A stretch of DNA of 64,000 bases, taken from the NCBI GenBank assembly GCA_040380025.1, contig JBEIJY010000007.1:33424-97423 (forward strand), read 5' to 3'. The position numbers were made by a program, and so were the translations under genes. Under the pieces are notes generated by a model. It saw only the letters and a list, made by a program, of their open reading frames with translations. It was not told the DNA's origin and ran no database searches. This document shows positions 29,647-42,365 of this stretch, in pieces (position 1 is the first letter of the stretch; the number at the start of each line of letters is the position of its first letter). This stretch comes from Bdellovibrionales bacterium. GTDB lineage: Bacteria > Bdellovibrionota > UBA1018 > CAIMNF01.

Positions 29647-31139
29647 TTCTTCGGCGTATCCTCGAAACGGAGTTCGCGGAACAACACCACTCCGAACGGG
29701 TTCGCACGGAAGCCTGAAACCCGTTTGGAAACCCCGAAGCGAAGCACCTGGTGAAGAAGCGGAATCACCGGAGCTTCCTCCCAGAGAATCGATTCGATCT
29801 CGTAAATGAGCTTGGAGCGCTTCACGAGGAGCGGCTCCTGATGAAGTTCCTCGACCAGGGCATCATACTCCTTGTTCGACCAGCCCGTGAAGTTGTTCGG
29901 ACTGTCCGTGGTGAGAACATCGTACACAATCGAGGCCGAGCTGATCGGATTCTGCCAGCCGAAGCGATAGATCGCGGCAGGATCGGACTTCAGTCTGGCG
30001 TAATGAGCCTTCCAATCCAGAAGCTCCAGCTCCGAAACCCATCCCAGCTCATCTTTGATGCCGCTTTGTACGAATTCCAGCATGGTTTGATTCCTCGATC
30101 CCGAATCGCTCTGGATCCGGAATCGCGCCGGAGGATCGGTCTTGACGGGGGTGATGATCCATTCGCGCCGATACCCGCCGGGGGCGAGCAATGTCGGCAA
30201 GAACGAGGGAGCCCCCCGCTCGCCGGTTCCCAGAAGCTTTGCCAGTTCCGCCCGTTTCGCGATCAGAACCGCATTCCGGACGGCGATGCGATGATCCCGA
30301 TCCCGGAACGGCGGCTTTTTCGTGTTGAATGCAAGATAGGTCACCGCTTCGACCGGCACCTCGACCAAGGATGCGATCGAAGCCACCTGCTTTTGCTGAA
30401 GCGTCGGAACGCGGGTCAGGATGTCGATTTTTCCGGACTTCATCAAAGGGTAAAGCGAGGCTTCATCTGCGATGAAACGCACCATCACCTCGGGAATCGT
30501 CACCGAGTCCGACGCGTGGAATCGCGGGTTCTTCCGGAGCAGAAGGTGGCTGTCCCGGCGGTACTCCACCACCTCGTAGGCACCGAGCGTGGGCAGGACG
30601 GGCGAGCGCGTCTTTTCGTAGTGCTCCACCAGATCCGGCCGGATCGGAGCAAACGGCGGTGTGGTCATCCAATTCAGCATTTGCTCATCCTGCTCCCGAA
30701 GATGGATCTCGACCGCGCGCGCATCGAGGACCCTGGTCTTCTTCATGTCGATCGGGGGATACAAATGCGAAAGTGCGCCGCGCACCGGATTGCCCGTGAG
30801 CCGGCGGAGCGCCAGCAGGAACTGCTCGGCATGAAAGGCTTTGCCATCGCTCCAGACCAAATCCTTCTTGAACCGGCAAGTGTATTGCAAGCGGTTCCGC
30901 GAAATCGAACACCCATCGATCAGACCTTTCTGCCGCTCGCCCGCACCGTCGTAAAAGTAAGCGGTGCCGAGAGTATTCGCCGCGATTTTCAGGGCCGCGC
31001 CGTCTTCCAGAAAAAGCGGATCGAACCAGGTGGGCTCGGCCGGCAGTTGAATCTGGAGAGGTTCGGCAAAAAGGCCGGAAACCGGAAGAACAGTGCAAAA
31101 CGCGCACAAAACAAGTCTGGTCACCCATCGTTGGATCAT
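29643..31139 (-). CDS. Peptide ABC transporter substrate-binding protein (divergent OppA-like)
   Basis: Signal peptide, WSDG, LAFNTKKPPF, NFTGWSN.EYD, PVIPL. Confidence 0.85.
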   Translation of the reverse strand: MIQRWVTRLVLCAFCTVLPVSGLFAEPLQIQLPAEPTWFDPLFLEDGAALKIAANTLGTAYFYDGAGERQKGLIDGCSISRNRLQYTCRFKKDLVWSDGKAFHAEQFLLALRRLTGNPVRGALSHLYPPIDMKKTRVLDARAVEIHLREQDEQMLNWMTTPPFAPIRPDLVEHYEKTRSPVLPTLGAYEVVEYRRDSHLLLRKNPRFHASDSVTIPEVMVRFIADEASLYPLMKSGKIDILTRVPTLQQKQVASIASLVEVPVEAVTYLAFNTKKPPFRDRDHRIAVRNAVLIAKRAELAKLLGTGERGAPSFLPTLLAPGGYRREWIITPVKTDPPARFRIQSDSGSRNQTMLEFVQSGIKDELGWVSELELLDWKAHYARLKSDPAAIYRFGWQNPISSASIVYDVLTTDSPNNFTGWSNKEYDALVEELHQEPLLVKRSKLIYEIESILWEEAPVIPLLHQVLRFGVSKRVSGFRANPFGVVLFRELRFEDTPKN

Positions 31140-31153
31140 GATAGATCCATATC

Positions 31154-31915
31154 ATGGATCAGATCGCGGAAAGCCTCGAAAAAATTCTGAGCAACGGCTC
31201 CTTCGGAGGCGTCTTCCTGGCTCTCGGTCTTGCGTATCTCGGGGGGATTCTCTCGAGCCTCACTCCTTGCATCTACCCGATGATTCCGATCACGATCGGC
31301 GTGATCGGCGGAATCCAGACCCATCACGAAGAACGGAACGTCCGCGGCGTCTTTTTGCGTGGAGTTGCGTACGTGCTCGGCATGGCGATCGTGTATGCGT
31401 TTCTCGGCGTGCTCGCGGGCCTGACCGGTCAGGTGTTCGGATCGCTCACCAACACCCCGGCCTGGTATGTCGGACTCTCTCTCTTCATGACGATCGCGGC
31501 GCTCGTGATGATGGATATTCTTCCGATCGATCCTCAGGCGATTCTGGACCGGATGAAGCGCGCGATGGGGCTCACCGGAAGTTCGAAGTTCAACACCGAG
31601 AAAGAGGCGACGCTCGCAGGCGCCTTTTTGCTCGGCGCCTCTTCGGGCTTCATCGCGGCTCCCTGCACGACTCCGGTGCTGTCGGCGATCCTGGCCTACA
31701 TCGCCCAGACCCAGTCCGTGCTTTTCGGGCTCGGACTCATGATTTTCTTCGCCTTCGGGCTCGGCACGATTCTGATCGCGATCGCCGCATTCGCGGGCTC
31801 GCTCCAGCACCTACCCCGCTCGGGTGCGTGGATGCATCGAATCAAGATCCTGAGCGGAATCCTGATTCTCGCGTTTTCAAACTACCTCATGTTCAAAGCA
31901 GGAAAGGCGAACTGA
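31154..31915 (+). CDS. DsbD-beta/CcdA transmembrane electron transporter
   Basis: SLTPCIYPMIP, AAPCTTPVL and LPRSGAWM motifs. Confidence 0.9.
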   Translation: MDQIAESLEKILSNGSFGGVFLALGLAYLGGILSSLTPCIYPMIPITIGVIGGIQTHHEERNVRGVFLRGVAYVLGMAIVYAFLGVLAGLTGQVFGSLTNTPAWYVGLSLFMTIAALVMMDILPIDPQAILDRMKRAMGLTGSSKFNTEKEATLAGAFLLGASSGFIAAPCTTPVLSAILAYIAQTQSVLFGLGLMIFFAFGLGTILIAIAAFAGSLQHLPRSGAWMHRIKILSGILILAFSNYLMFKAGKAN

Positions 31916-31919
31916 TTCC

Positions 31920-33089
31920 ATGTCTGAATCCTCATTCCGGCCGAAGCCCTACCTTCTCCTCACCGCCCTGTCAGCACTGGGAGCCGCGATCTCGATCTGG
32001 CAAACGCGCGGATTCTTTCAAACCCGAAGCGGCACTGGCGCATTCAAGACCTTTTGCAACATCGGGGAGACCTTCGATTGCACTGCGATCGAGATGAGCC
32101 GGTTCGCCGAGCTCTTTCCCGGACTCCCCCTCTCGGGCCTCGCGATCGCGGGATACTCGCTCATTTTGATCCTGTCCCTCATGGGGTTGTCTTCGGAGTT
32201 CCGGAAGAACCTGAAACCGCTCCTGGTGGCGACCACGGGCATCGCGCTCGCGTTCTCGCTCGTTTACCTCGCGATCATGGTGCTTGCGATCGGAAAGCTT
32301 TGCATCCTCTGCCTCGGAGTCGATGCGATCAACATCGCCCTGTTCGCGATCGCACTGCGGTTGCCCGGGGCTTCGGCCGGTGATTCCGGATCCCGGCCGG
32401 GCCATCTGCTTGCGGCAGGCGCCGGCGCGGTTTTGATCGCATTCGCGTTCCTGAAGGGCCTGAACCCGCTTTACGGCGTAAACGAAGAGGTCCTGAATGA
32501 CCGGGTCGAAAGCATTCTTGCCACTCCCCCCGTTGCGGTCGAGATCCCTGCCGATGCTCCGTCGATCGGCGAGGCGAATGCGCCGATCACCATCGTAAAG
32601 TTCAGCGACTTTGAATGCCCGGCATGCAGGCTCGGCGCGCAGTCGATTCATCCCTTGTTCAAGCGGTTTTCGAAAGAGGTGCGCTTCGTATTCTTGAACT
32701 TCCCCCTCGCGCCCGAGTGCAATGCCGACCCCGGCCTGAAGCGCTCGATCCACCCCTTCGCCTGCGAGGCCGCGGCCGTCGCCGTCTGCGCAGCCCGGCA
32801 AGGAAAATACGCCGAGGCCTACGAGGCGCTCTTCGAGCACCAGTCCTCGTTCGAGCACGGAAAGATCGCATCGCTCGTGGCCGCGAAGGTCCCGGGAATC
32901 GACCTCACGAAGCTCGAGGAGTGCAAGAATCTTCCGTCTACCGCCGAAGCAGTCCGTCGCGACACGGTGATCGGAACCGCGCTCAAAGTCCAATCCACTC
33001 CGACCTTCTTTTTGAACGGTCGAAAAATCGAGGGTGGAATCCCCACCCATGTCTGGGTCGATGCGATCGAAAAAGTAAAGAGCCTCTGA
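31920..33089 (+). CDS. VKOR-thioredoxin (DsbA-like) fusion
   Basis: VKOR loop C..C (FCNIGETFDC), CILC, then FSDFECPAC and STPTFFLNG. Confidence 0.9.
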   Translation: MSESSFRPKPYLLLTALSALGAAISIWQTRGFFQTRSGTGAFKTFCNIGETFDCTAIEMSRFAELFPGLPLSGLAIAGYSLILILSLMGLSSEFRKNLKPLLVATTGIALAFSLVYLAIMVLAIGKLCILCLGVDAINIALFAIALRLPGASAGDSGSRPGHLLAAGAGAVLIAFAFLKGLNPLYGVNEEVLNDRVESILATPPVAVEIPADAPSIGEANAPITIVKFSDFECPACRLGAQSIHPLFKRFSKEVRFVFLNFPLAPECNADPGLKRSIHPFACEAAAVAVCAARQGKYAEAYEALFEHQSSFEHGKIASLVAAKVPGIDLTKLEECKNLPSTAEAVRRDTVIGTALKVQSTPTFFLNGRKIEGGIPTHVWVDAIEKVKSL

Positions 33090-33880
33090 TGCTGATCGAT
33101 ACGCATTGCCACCTGAATTACGAATACGACGGCGGAAAAACCCCGGACCAGCTCGTCGCCGAGGCACACGCGAACGGGGTCGGGATTCTGATCACGATCG
33201 CGACCGAAGAGGCGAACTTTGCGACCGTGCAAGGGATCTCGGAAAAGTTCCCGAACGTGTACCACACGATCGGCGTGCATCCGCACGAGGCGTCGCTCGT
33301 GGACTCCAATGTCTTGTCGTCGATGAGGCGCTTCCTCGCGCACCCGAAATGCGTGGCGGTCGGCGAGATCGGGCTCGATTATTATTACGAACACTCCGCG
33401 CGCGACAAACAGCAGATCGAATGCCGCGCCCAGCTCGAGCTTGCGATCGAAATGAAAAAACCGGTCGTGATCCACTCGCGCGACGGCGAGGAGGATCTTC
33501 TTCCGATGCTTGCCGATTATGCGAAACGGCAAGCCGGCGCTCCTTCTTTGGGGGTGATCCATTGCTTTTCGGGCACGCGCGAGTTCGGACAGACCTGCAT
33601 CGATCTCGGGTTTTATGTCTCGCTCTCGGGAATCCTGACGTTCAAGAATTCCGAGTCACTCCGGCAGGCGGTCAGGACCTTTCCGATCGATCGCCTGCTC
33701 GTCGAGACCGACTCGCCCTTTCTGGCGCCGGCCCCGCTTCGCGGAAAAAAGTGCGAGCCTTTCATGGTCAAGCACACGGCACTGAAGCTCGCCGAGGTGA
33801 TGGGCGTTTCGTTCGATGAGCTCGCCGCCATCACGACCCGGAACGCGAAGGCGTGTTTCGGGATCAGCCTGACGACCTGA
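33089..33880 (+). CDS. tatD: TatD family nuclease
   Basis: IDTHCHL, GVHP, GEIGLDY, IHSRD, IHCFSG, ETDSPFLAP. Confidence 0.95.
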   Translation: MLIDTHCHLNYEYDGGKTPDQLVAEAHANGVGILITIATEEANFATVQGISEKFPNVYHTIGVHPHEASLVDSNVLSSMRRFLAHPKCVAVGEIGLDYYYEHSARDKQQIECRAQLELAIEMKKPVVIHSRDGEEDLLPMLADYAKRQAGAPSLGVIHCFSGTREFGQTCIDLGFYVSLSGILTFKNSESLRQAVRTFPIDRLLVETDSPFLAPAPLRGKKCEPFMVKHTALKLAEVMGVSFDELAAITTRNAKACFGISLTT

Positions 33881-33881
33881 T

Positions 33882-35603
33882 CTATTTCTTGTTTGTCTGA
33901 ACGGGCTGCGCAAAGTCCCCTGTGCGACCATTCAGACGGATCAGAACGGCGTCTTGTCCGCTTCCGTCACCGGGACTCGGAAGAAGATGACGGACAGCCC
34001 CGTTTTGCTCCGAGATGAATCGATCCGTTTCTCCGCCACAAACCACATCGCCATTGGGAGCGATTGCAACCGAATTGCACAGATCCGATTGCCCGATATT
34101 CTGTGTCCCGATAAAATTGAGATTGGTTCCCGGCGTGATCGGAGCACGGGAATTCGCGCCGAGTTGCTTGCCCCAGACCGGAACTCCGAACTTATTCAGC
34201 CTTACGACCAACAGATCCGAAGAAAAATTCGTGGGAACAGCATTGGGCTCTGCGAAAGGTCCATAGGTTTGACCCGCGCAGTACACATTCCCCTGCTTGT
34301 CCACGGCCACGCCTTTGAACCTATCCCAGTGCCAGTTCGGCCAGGCGGGCGCATTGGGAACACGGGAAACATTCCCGAACTGCCGTGCCCATTCAATCTG
34401 GCCGAATTGATCGACCTTCAATGCGAATGCATCCGAGCCTCCCGCATTTTCCTCGGCAAGGTATCCGTTGGTATGACCGGCACAATACACGTTTCTCCTG
34501 GAGTCGACGAAAATGCCATTGCACTGGTCATCGCTCAGGTTGGCATGGACCGGAGCTCCGGGCACCCGCGTTTGCGCTCCCAGCTGAACAAGCCAGGTTT
34601 CATTTGCGGGCTGGAGAAGGAACTGCCCGTCAGCCGCATTGAGTTTCAGGACAAACGCATCACCGGAGGATCCGCTCGGATTTCTGTTCGGTTCCCCCAA
34701 AGCACCCAAAGTATAACCCGCACAATAAACGAACTGCTTGCCTCCCCAGGAGTCAAAGTCAACCGTAGCCCCCATGCATTGTTCGAACCCTTGATTCACA
34801 AGAATCGGACCTGCTCCGGGCGCCCGGGTTTGCTGCCCGAGCTGGGTCACCCACTCCACCGTTCCGCCGGGGTTCAACCGCATCAAGAACAGATCTCCGG
34901 CACCCCCGACTTGCTCCCTGAAAAAACCAGTGGTGTAGCCAGCACAATAAATATTTCCGAACCGATCGACAGCGATGCCGTTGCAAAACTCCGACCCTTG
35001 CTTGGATGTGTTCGCACCCGCGAGGGCAGGATTCACTCCGGGAACGGCGGTGGACTGTCCGAGTTGAGTCGCCCATTCCAAGCCCCCATCGGCCTGCCGC
35101 AACTTCAGAACCATCGCATCGTACCCGCCCGCATTGGCCTCCGAGATGACGCCATCCGTGTAACCGCCACAATACACGTAACCTTCCCCCCCCACTGCGA
35201 CACTCGTGCAAAAATCATTACCTTGATTGGCCTGGGACCAAAGAGCGGGAGCCACATTCGGAGCCTTGGTGACTTTTCCGAGCTGGGTGATCCACAAGAT
35301 GTTCCCTTTGGGTCCTACCTTCATGACAAAGGCATCCACATTATTGCATGCGAGCGGGGGCAAATTCTGGCGAGTTGCATTCCCCTCCCCCAGATCTCCG
35401 CAGGTATAGCCTGAGCAGTAGGTATTCCCGTCCTTGTCCACCGCGACTCCGGTGCAGAGATCCGTGCGCCAATTACTGGTAGCGGGTGGATTCGGGGGGA
35501 GCGTGATCGCCCCGAGCTGAAGCACGCTCCAGGATTGCCCTTGGGCGGGGCACTCAGCGCTCACCAAAATGCAAATCCCGATCCAAAACAACAGAAGTCT
35601 CAT
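33882..35603 (-). CDS. Secreted SBBP-repeat (7-blade beta-propeller) protein
   Basis: Seven repeats of CxGVAVDxxGNxYCxGxT...DAFVxK...WxxQLG; signal peptide; start uncertain. Confidence 0.85.
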   Translation of the reverse strand: MRLLLFWIGICILVSAECPAQGQSWSVLQLGAITLPPNPPATSNWRTDLCTGVAVDKDGNTYCSGYTCGDLGEGNATRQNLPPLACNNVDAFVMKVGPKGNILWITQLGKVTKAPNVAPALWSQANQGNDFCTSVAVGGEGYVYCGGYTDGVISEANAGGYDAMVLKLRQADGGLEWATQLGQSTAVPGVNPALAGANTSKQGSEFCNGIAVDRFGNIYCAGYTTGFFREQVGGAGDLFLMRLNPGGTVEWVTQLGQQTRAPGAGPILVNQGFEQCMGATVDFDSWGGKQFVYCAGYTLGALGEPNRNPSGSSGDAFVLKLNAADGQFLLQPANETWLVQLGAQTRVPGAPVHANLSDDQCNGIFVDSRRNVYCAGHTNGYLAEENAGGSDAFALKVDQFGQIEWARQFGNVSRVPNAPAWPNWHWDRFKGVAVDKQGNVYCAGQTYGPFAEPNAVPTNFSSDLLVVRLNKFGVPVWGKQLGANSRAPITPGTNLNFIGTQNIGQSDLCNSVAIAPNGDVVCGGETDRFISEQNGAVRHLLPSPGDGSGQDAVLIRLNGRTGDFAQPVQTNKK

Positions 35604-35731
35604 GTGGAAACGGATTGCCTCTCGATTTGACTGATTCTTCACACCTTCATGCTCCCATAACAATACCATTTAGATCAAGTATTCAAGTGAACAAAAAATC
35701 CCCCGTGTGTCGCAAATGACCGTTTTCATGT

Positions 35732-36460
35732 TTACCCGCTGAAATGACCGAGCAAAATGCCGGTCGCCACCGACACATTCAGCGACCCAACGCCCGTGCC
35801 GGCGTTCGGAATCGTGCAAATCAGATCGCACGACTCCTCGGTCAGGCGGCGCATGCCCTTCTCTTCGTTCCCGACCACGACCAGCCAGGCGCGATCTTTT
35901 TGGATGCGCCCGAGCGGCTCGCGCGCATGCTCGGAGGTGCCGAGAATCCAAAGACCCGCGTCTTTCGCCTTGTCGAGCGCCTGCTTCAGATTCACGACCT
36001 GAGCGAACGGCAGAACCTCCACCCCTCCGCACGAAATGTCATAGGTCACAGCCGTCATCGGCGCCGAACGTTCGGTGGTGAGGAGCACGCCTTTCACGCC
36101 GAAAAACGCGGCAGAACGGAAGATCGCGCCCACATTCTGCGGGTCCTGCAGGCAATCGAGCGCAAGCCAGACTCCCCGGGTATCCGAATCGACGCCCTCG
36201 AAAAGCCGCTCGACTGAAACAGGCGCTTTGGGACGGATCTTCGCGCCATGCCCGCTTTCCCGTCCCGCTCCCGACGGTCCGCCGCCTCCTTGGGCCGCCG
36301 TCATCTTCACCCGGTGCTTCAGCGCGAGCGCCTCAATCTCGGTCCACGCTCCGTCGCTCGCGTCGCGCGGTTGCCGGATCTCGAGCACGTCTTTGGGACG
36401 ATGCCGGAGGGCAAGCAGAATGGAATGGGGATTACGGACAAAAAGCTCGGGACTGTTCAT
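35732..36460 (-). CDS. rlmB: TrmH/SpoU RNA 2'-O-methyltransferase (RlmB-like)
   Basis: LDCLQDPQNVGAIFRSA, GNEEKG, SLNVSVA. Confidence 0.85.
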   Translation of the reverse strand: MNSPELFVRNPHSILLALRHRPKDVLEIRQPRDASDGAWTEIEALALKHRVKMTAAQGGGGPSGAGRESGHGAKIRPKAPVSVERLFEGVDSDTRGVWLALDCLQDPQNVGAIFRSAAFFGVKGVLLTTERSAPMTAVTYDISCGGVEVLPFAQVVNLKQALDKAKDAGLWILGTSEHAREPLGRIQKDRAWLVVVGNEEKGMRRLTEESCDLICTIPNAGTGVGSLNVSVATGILLGHFSG

Positions 36461-37185
36461 GAAAGCTCCTGAAGAAACGTCTCGACCGCACGCCTCGGGT
36501 CCGCGGCCTCGGTGATCGGTCGCCCCACCACGATCGCACTCGCCCCTGTTTTCTTGGCTTCAGAGGGGGTCATCACGCGTTGCTGGTCGTTCCAGTTCCC
36601 GCCCGCAAGGCGGATCCCGGGAACCATCAAAAACAAATCCGGATATTTCAGCCGGACGGCCGAGACCTCAAGCGGAGAACAAACCATTCCGTCCACCCCG
36701 GGATGCCGCGCGACGAGGTCGGCAAAATGCAGCACCGAATCGCGGATCGGTCGCACCTCGGAGATCTTCGCCATGTGCGAAACGCTCGCCACCCATTCTT
36801 CTTCTTGGAAGGACGTCAGCACACTTACGCCCAAAACTCTGGGAGGAGTGCGAATCTCGCCTGCGGCCTTCGCCCGCTCGATCGCGACGGCGATCTCATC
36901 GAGCATGCGCCGCCCTCCCGCAAGATGCACAGTCACGAATTCCGCACCGAGCTTTGTCGCCTCCACCACGGCACGGGCCGCAGTGTTGGGAATGTCATGG
37001 AATTTCAGGTCGAGGAACACACGGGCCCCGCTCGCGGTGAGAGACCGCACCCAATCGGGCCCGGCGCAGAGGAACAACTGAAGCCCCACCTTGTACACCA
37101 CCGGCAGACCGACGAGCCGGCTGATCAGACGATCCGCCTCTTCGGTCGAAGAAAAATCGAGCGCAACGACGAGATCCGTGTTCAT
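36457..37185 (-). CDS. pyrF: Orotidine-5'-phosphate decarboxylase
   Basis: VALD, KVG, FLDLKFHDIPNT, PGIR, VGRPI. Confidence 0.97.
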   Translation of the reverse strand: MNTDLVVALDFSSTEEADRLISRLVGLPVVYKVGLQLFLCAGPDWVRSLTASGARVFLDLKFHDIPNTAARAVVEATKLGAEFVTVHLAGGRRMLDEIAVAIERAKAAGEIRTPPRVLGVSVLTSFQEEEWVASVSHMAKISEVRPIRDSVLHFADLVARHPGVDGMVCSPLEVSAVRLKYPDLFLMVPGIRLAGGNWNDQQRVMTPSEAKKTGASAIVVGRPITEAADPRRAVETFLQELS

Positions 37186-37199
37186 TCCGGCTCTCCTGA

Positions 37200-38672
37200 T
37201 CAGTACGATCTTGCGAAAATCGCCATGACGATTCCGTCTTTTTTACCGGTCTTGAAGCACGGGGCGTCGGCCCGGACGGGCTGAAAGCGATCATCGAGCA
37301 GAATGCAACGCAAGGTGGCCTTCGTTTCGTTCTTGATCTGCTCTTCGGCCTCGCGATCCAATCCCCAGGGCACCTTGTAGAATCCGCCCTTCTCGTCGAG
37401 GAGTTTCTTGAAGGTCTCATAATCGCGCACTTCGTGGATGTTCTGATCCCGATGAGCGGTCGCGCGGGCCAGGAGATCTTTTTGCATCGAGGCCAGCTCG
37501 CGCGCGATTTTCGCGGGAAGCTCCGCCAAGGGCACAAACTCCTTCACGCCGACATCGCGACGGGTGAACACGGCCTGGCCTTTTTCGAGATCGCGGGGGC
37601 CGATCTCGATCCGGATCGGAATCCCGATCAGTTCGTACTCGTGGAACTTCCAACCGGCCTGCTTGGTGTCGTCCTTGTCGACCAGAACGCCCGTGCGGTA
37701 TGGAAGCCTGCGAACATCGGAGTGCTCTTGAATCGCCGAGGCAAGCTGGTCGGCCGCTCCATATACGGCTTCGGCCGCGGCGGCCTTCGGCACAATCGGG
37801 ACGATCACGACATGGGTCTCGGCCAGCATCGGAGGCAGAACAAGACCCTTGTCATCGGAGTGGGTCATGATCATTCCGCCGATCAGACGCGTCGATACGC
37901 CCCAGCTGGTCTGGAATACGTGTTTTTGCTTGCCGTCCTTGTCGAGGAACATCGTATCGAATGCCTTGGCGAAGTGATCCGAGAGATTGTGCGAGGTTCC
38001 GGCCTGAAGGGCCTTCCCGTCCTGCATCATGGCTTCGATGCAATAGGTGCGAAGAGCCCCCGCGAACTTCTCGGCCTCGGACTTCATGCCGGGAATCACC
38101 GGCATCGCAAGCACCGTTTCGGCGAACTCGTGGTACATCTTCAGCATCCTCTGCGTGAAGACCTCGGCATCCTCGAGGGTGGCATGGCACGTGTGCCCCT
38201 CCTGCCACAAGAACTCGGTGGTGCGAAGAAACAGCCGCGTGCGCATCTCCCAGCGGACCACGTTGGCCCACTGGTTGATCAGCAAGGGAAGATCGCGGTA
38301 ACTCTGCACCCATTTCGCGAACATCGAGTTGATGATCGTCTCGGAGGTCGGCCGTACGACGAGTTTTTCTTCGAGATCCTTGGCACCCGCATGGGTCACC
38401 ACCGCGACCTGCGGAGCGAAGCCCTCGACATGGTCGGCCTCTTTTTTGATGAAGCTCTCGGGAATGAACATCGGGAAATACGCGTTCCGGACGCCCGCGG
38501 CCCGGATGCGGTCATTCATCTCGCGCTGGATGCGCTCCCAAATGGAGTACCCGTTCGGGCGGATGACCATGCACCCCTTGACCGGGCTGTAGTCGGCAAG
38601 GCGGGCCTGCAGGACCACATCCTGATACCACTGGGGGAAGTCTTCGGAACGAGGGGTGATTTTTTCTGCCAT
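37200..38672 (-). CDS. proS: Proline--tRNA ligase, archaeal/eukaryote-like type
   Basis: [37 protein letters not shown]-terminal ARSY; no editing insertion. Confidence 0.97.
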   Translation of the reverse strand: MAEKITPRSEDFPQWYQDVVLQARLADYSPVKGCMVIRPNGYSIWERIQREMNDRIRAAGVRNAYFPMFIPESFIKKEADHVEGFAPQVAVVTHAGAKDLEEKLVVRPTSETIINSMFAKWVQSYRDLPLLINQWANVVRWEMRTRLFLRTTEFLWQEGHTCHATLEDAEVFTQRMLKMYHEFAETVLAMPVIPGMKSEAEKFAGALRTYCIEAMMQDGKALQAGTSHNLSDHFAKAFDTMFLDKDGKQKHVFQTSWGVSTRLIGGMIMTHSDDKGLVLPPMLAETHVVIVPIVPKAAAAEAVYGAADQLASAIQEHSDVRRLPYRTGVLVDKDDTKQAGWKFHEYELIGIPIRIEIGPRDLEKGQAVFTRRDVGVKEFVPLAELPAKIARELASMQKDLLARATAHRDQNIHEVRDYETFKKLLDEKGGFYKVPWGLDREAEEQIKNETKATLRCILLDDRFQPVRADAPCFKTGKKDGIVMAIFARSY

Positions 38673-38726
38673 GCCGGCTAGATTAAGTCGATTCGGGCCT
38701 GAAATCCATGATAATCTCGGGGTCTC

Positions 38727-40930
38727 ATGGCGGACAGGCTGGAACAAAAAGAGCTCCGGAAGCGGCGCCGGGAATGGGCGATCATGATCGGCCTGGCCCT
38801 GCTTTTTTTGCTTCTGACGGCGGTGGAGATCCGGCTCGGCAAGATCTCGGCCTCCCTCCCGTTCGTGAACTCCATCTTTTTCTTCGGCCTGATCAACTTC
38901 AACATCGTCATTCTCGTAGGTCTGCTCTGGCTCATTTTCAAGAACGTCGGAAAGCTCTTCTTCGAGCGCCGGAGCCGGATTCTCGGCTCGCGGCTCAAGA
39001 CCAAGCTCGTGACCGCATTCATCGGGTTCTCGATCGTGCCGACGCTCACGGTATTCACGATCTCGGCCCTGTACATCAATCAGAGCTTCGATAAATGGTT
39101 TTCACTGAAGATCCAGAACACCCTGCAGTCCTCGCTCGAGATCACCAACCTCTACTACGGGAATGCCGAGACCCAGTCCGCCCACTTCGCCGAACTGGTC
39201 GCAAAACAGCTTCACAGGTCGCTTGCGTTCCGAAAGCCCGTTCCTGCCGGAAGTCTTGAATCCCTGCGGGACCTCTACGCCCTGAATGCGCTCGAGGTCT
39301 ATGCCGATCCACTTGATGAGCCCGAACTCGTCATGGATCCGCAATCCCGCGCCAACACCCCGTACGCATATGTGCGGATGTCGCTCGATCGTCTGAAGCA
39401 GGGATTCCAGGGAAATCGCTTCTCGTTCGTGCAATCGGTCGGAAACGCGGATCTGGTCCGGTCGGTCGCTCCGGTGATCGACTATGCCTCGGGCCGCGTG
39501 CGCGCGCTCGTCGTAGCCAACACCCTGATTCCGATGAACCTGACCCTGCGGGCCGGCCAGATCGCCCACACCGCCGAGGATTACAAGAGCACGAACCCGC
39601 TCAAATATCCCATCAAGACAACCTACCTCATCATTCTGATCCTGATCACCCTGTTGATCATTTTCGCCGAGATCTGGCTCGGCCTCTATCTGGCGCGCGA
39701 GCTCACGGTTCCGGTCGAACGGCTCGTGAAGGCGGCGCGCGAGGTCGGCAAGGGCCGACTCGACATTGTGATCGAAAAAACCGGGCGGGATGAGATCGCA
39801 ACCCTGGTCGAGAGCTTCAACAAAATGACCTCGGATCTTCGCGGGAATCAGGCCGAACTCCGGCAGAGAACACGGCAACTCGAGGCCGTCCTTTCGAACA
39901 TCGCGACCGGAGTGATCCTGGTCGACGGATCGGGCAAGGTCCTGATTCTGAACAACTCGGCAAAAATCCTGCTGAACCTGGACGGCACCGGGATTCCCGA
40001 GCGGAACATGGCGCAACTCCTCCCGCCCGAGGGCGAGAACCGGGCGTTGCTGACCGTCCTGCGATCGGCCCTGGCGGATGCGCCCAAGATGGATCTCGAA
40101 ACCGCGTGGACCGTACGAGTGAACGGCGAGGTGAAGAACCTTTCCGCCATCGCCTCGCCCCTGAAGGAGATCGACCGGATCGGCGGAGCGGTCGCCGTCG
40201 TCGACGATGTCACCCACCTCGTGAAGGGCCAGCGCGAGATGGCCTGGCGTGAGGTCGCAAAAAGAATCGCGCACGAAATCAAGAACCCTCTGACCCCGAT
40301 CAAGCTCTCGGCTCAACGGCTCCAGCGTCGGCTCAAGGACTTGCAAGGAAAAGACGGACAGCTCTTGCAGGAGTGCACCCGGGTGATCATCCAGCACTCC
40401 GACGAGCTGAAGGAAATGGTAAATGAGTTCTCGAACTTCGCGCGACTTCCCGAGGTGAACCCGGCGCCGCAGAGGCTGAATGAGATCATCCAGGAGACCA
40501 TGCAGTTGTATCTCTCGGCCCATCCGGAGATCCACTTCATCACGAAGCTCGAACCGAATCTTCCCGTTCTCAATCTTGATCGCGATCAGATCAAGCGGGT
40601 CATCCTGAACCTGATCGACAACGGGATCACGGCGATCAAATCGGTAAATCGCACAGGCCCGGGACGGATCGAGATCGAAACCCACTACAACGAAAAGCTC
40701 GAGATCGCGGCGCTCTCCATCCGCGACAACGGGCCCGGCATGAGCGAAGAGATACAAGAAAGGGCGTTCGAGCCGTATTTCTCGACGAAAAACGAGGGAA
40801 CCGGACTCGGTCTTGCGATCGTGAAACGGATCGTCCACGATCACGGGGGCTACATCCGGCTCTCGTCAACACCCGACCATGGAACGGTTTTTGTGATTGA
40901 GCTTCCTCTGAAAACCGCTATGGTGGGCGC

Positions 40931-40934
<4 letters not shown>
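38727..40934 (+). CDS. ntrY: NtrY-like sensor histidine kinase (HAMP, PAS)
   Basis: [35 protein letters not shown]. Confidence 0.88.
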
Positions 40935-42346
<1,412 letters not shown>

Positions 42347-42365
42347 GTCCGCCCTCTTCCGGCCC

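Noticed and set aside
37200..38672. Archaeal-type ProRS as a horizontal-transfer novelty
   Set aside because: This type is widespread in bacteria.
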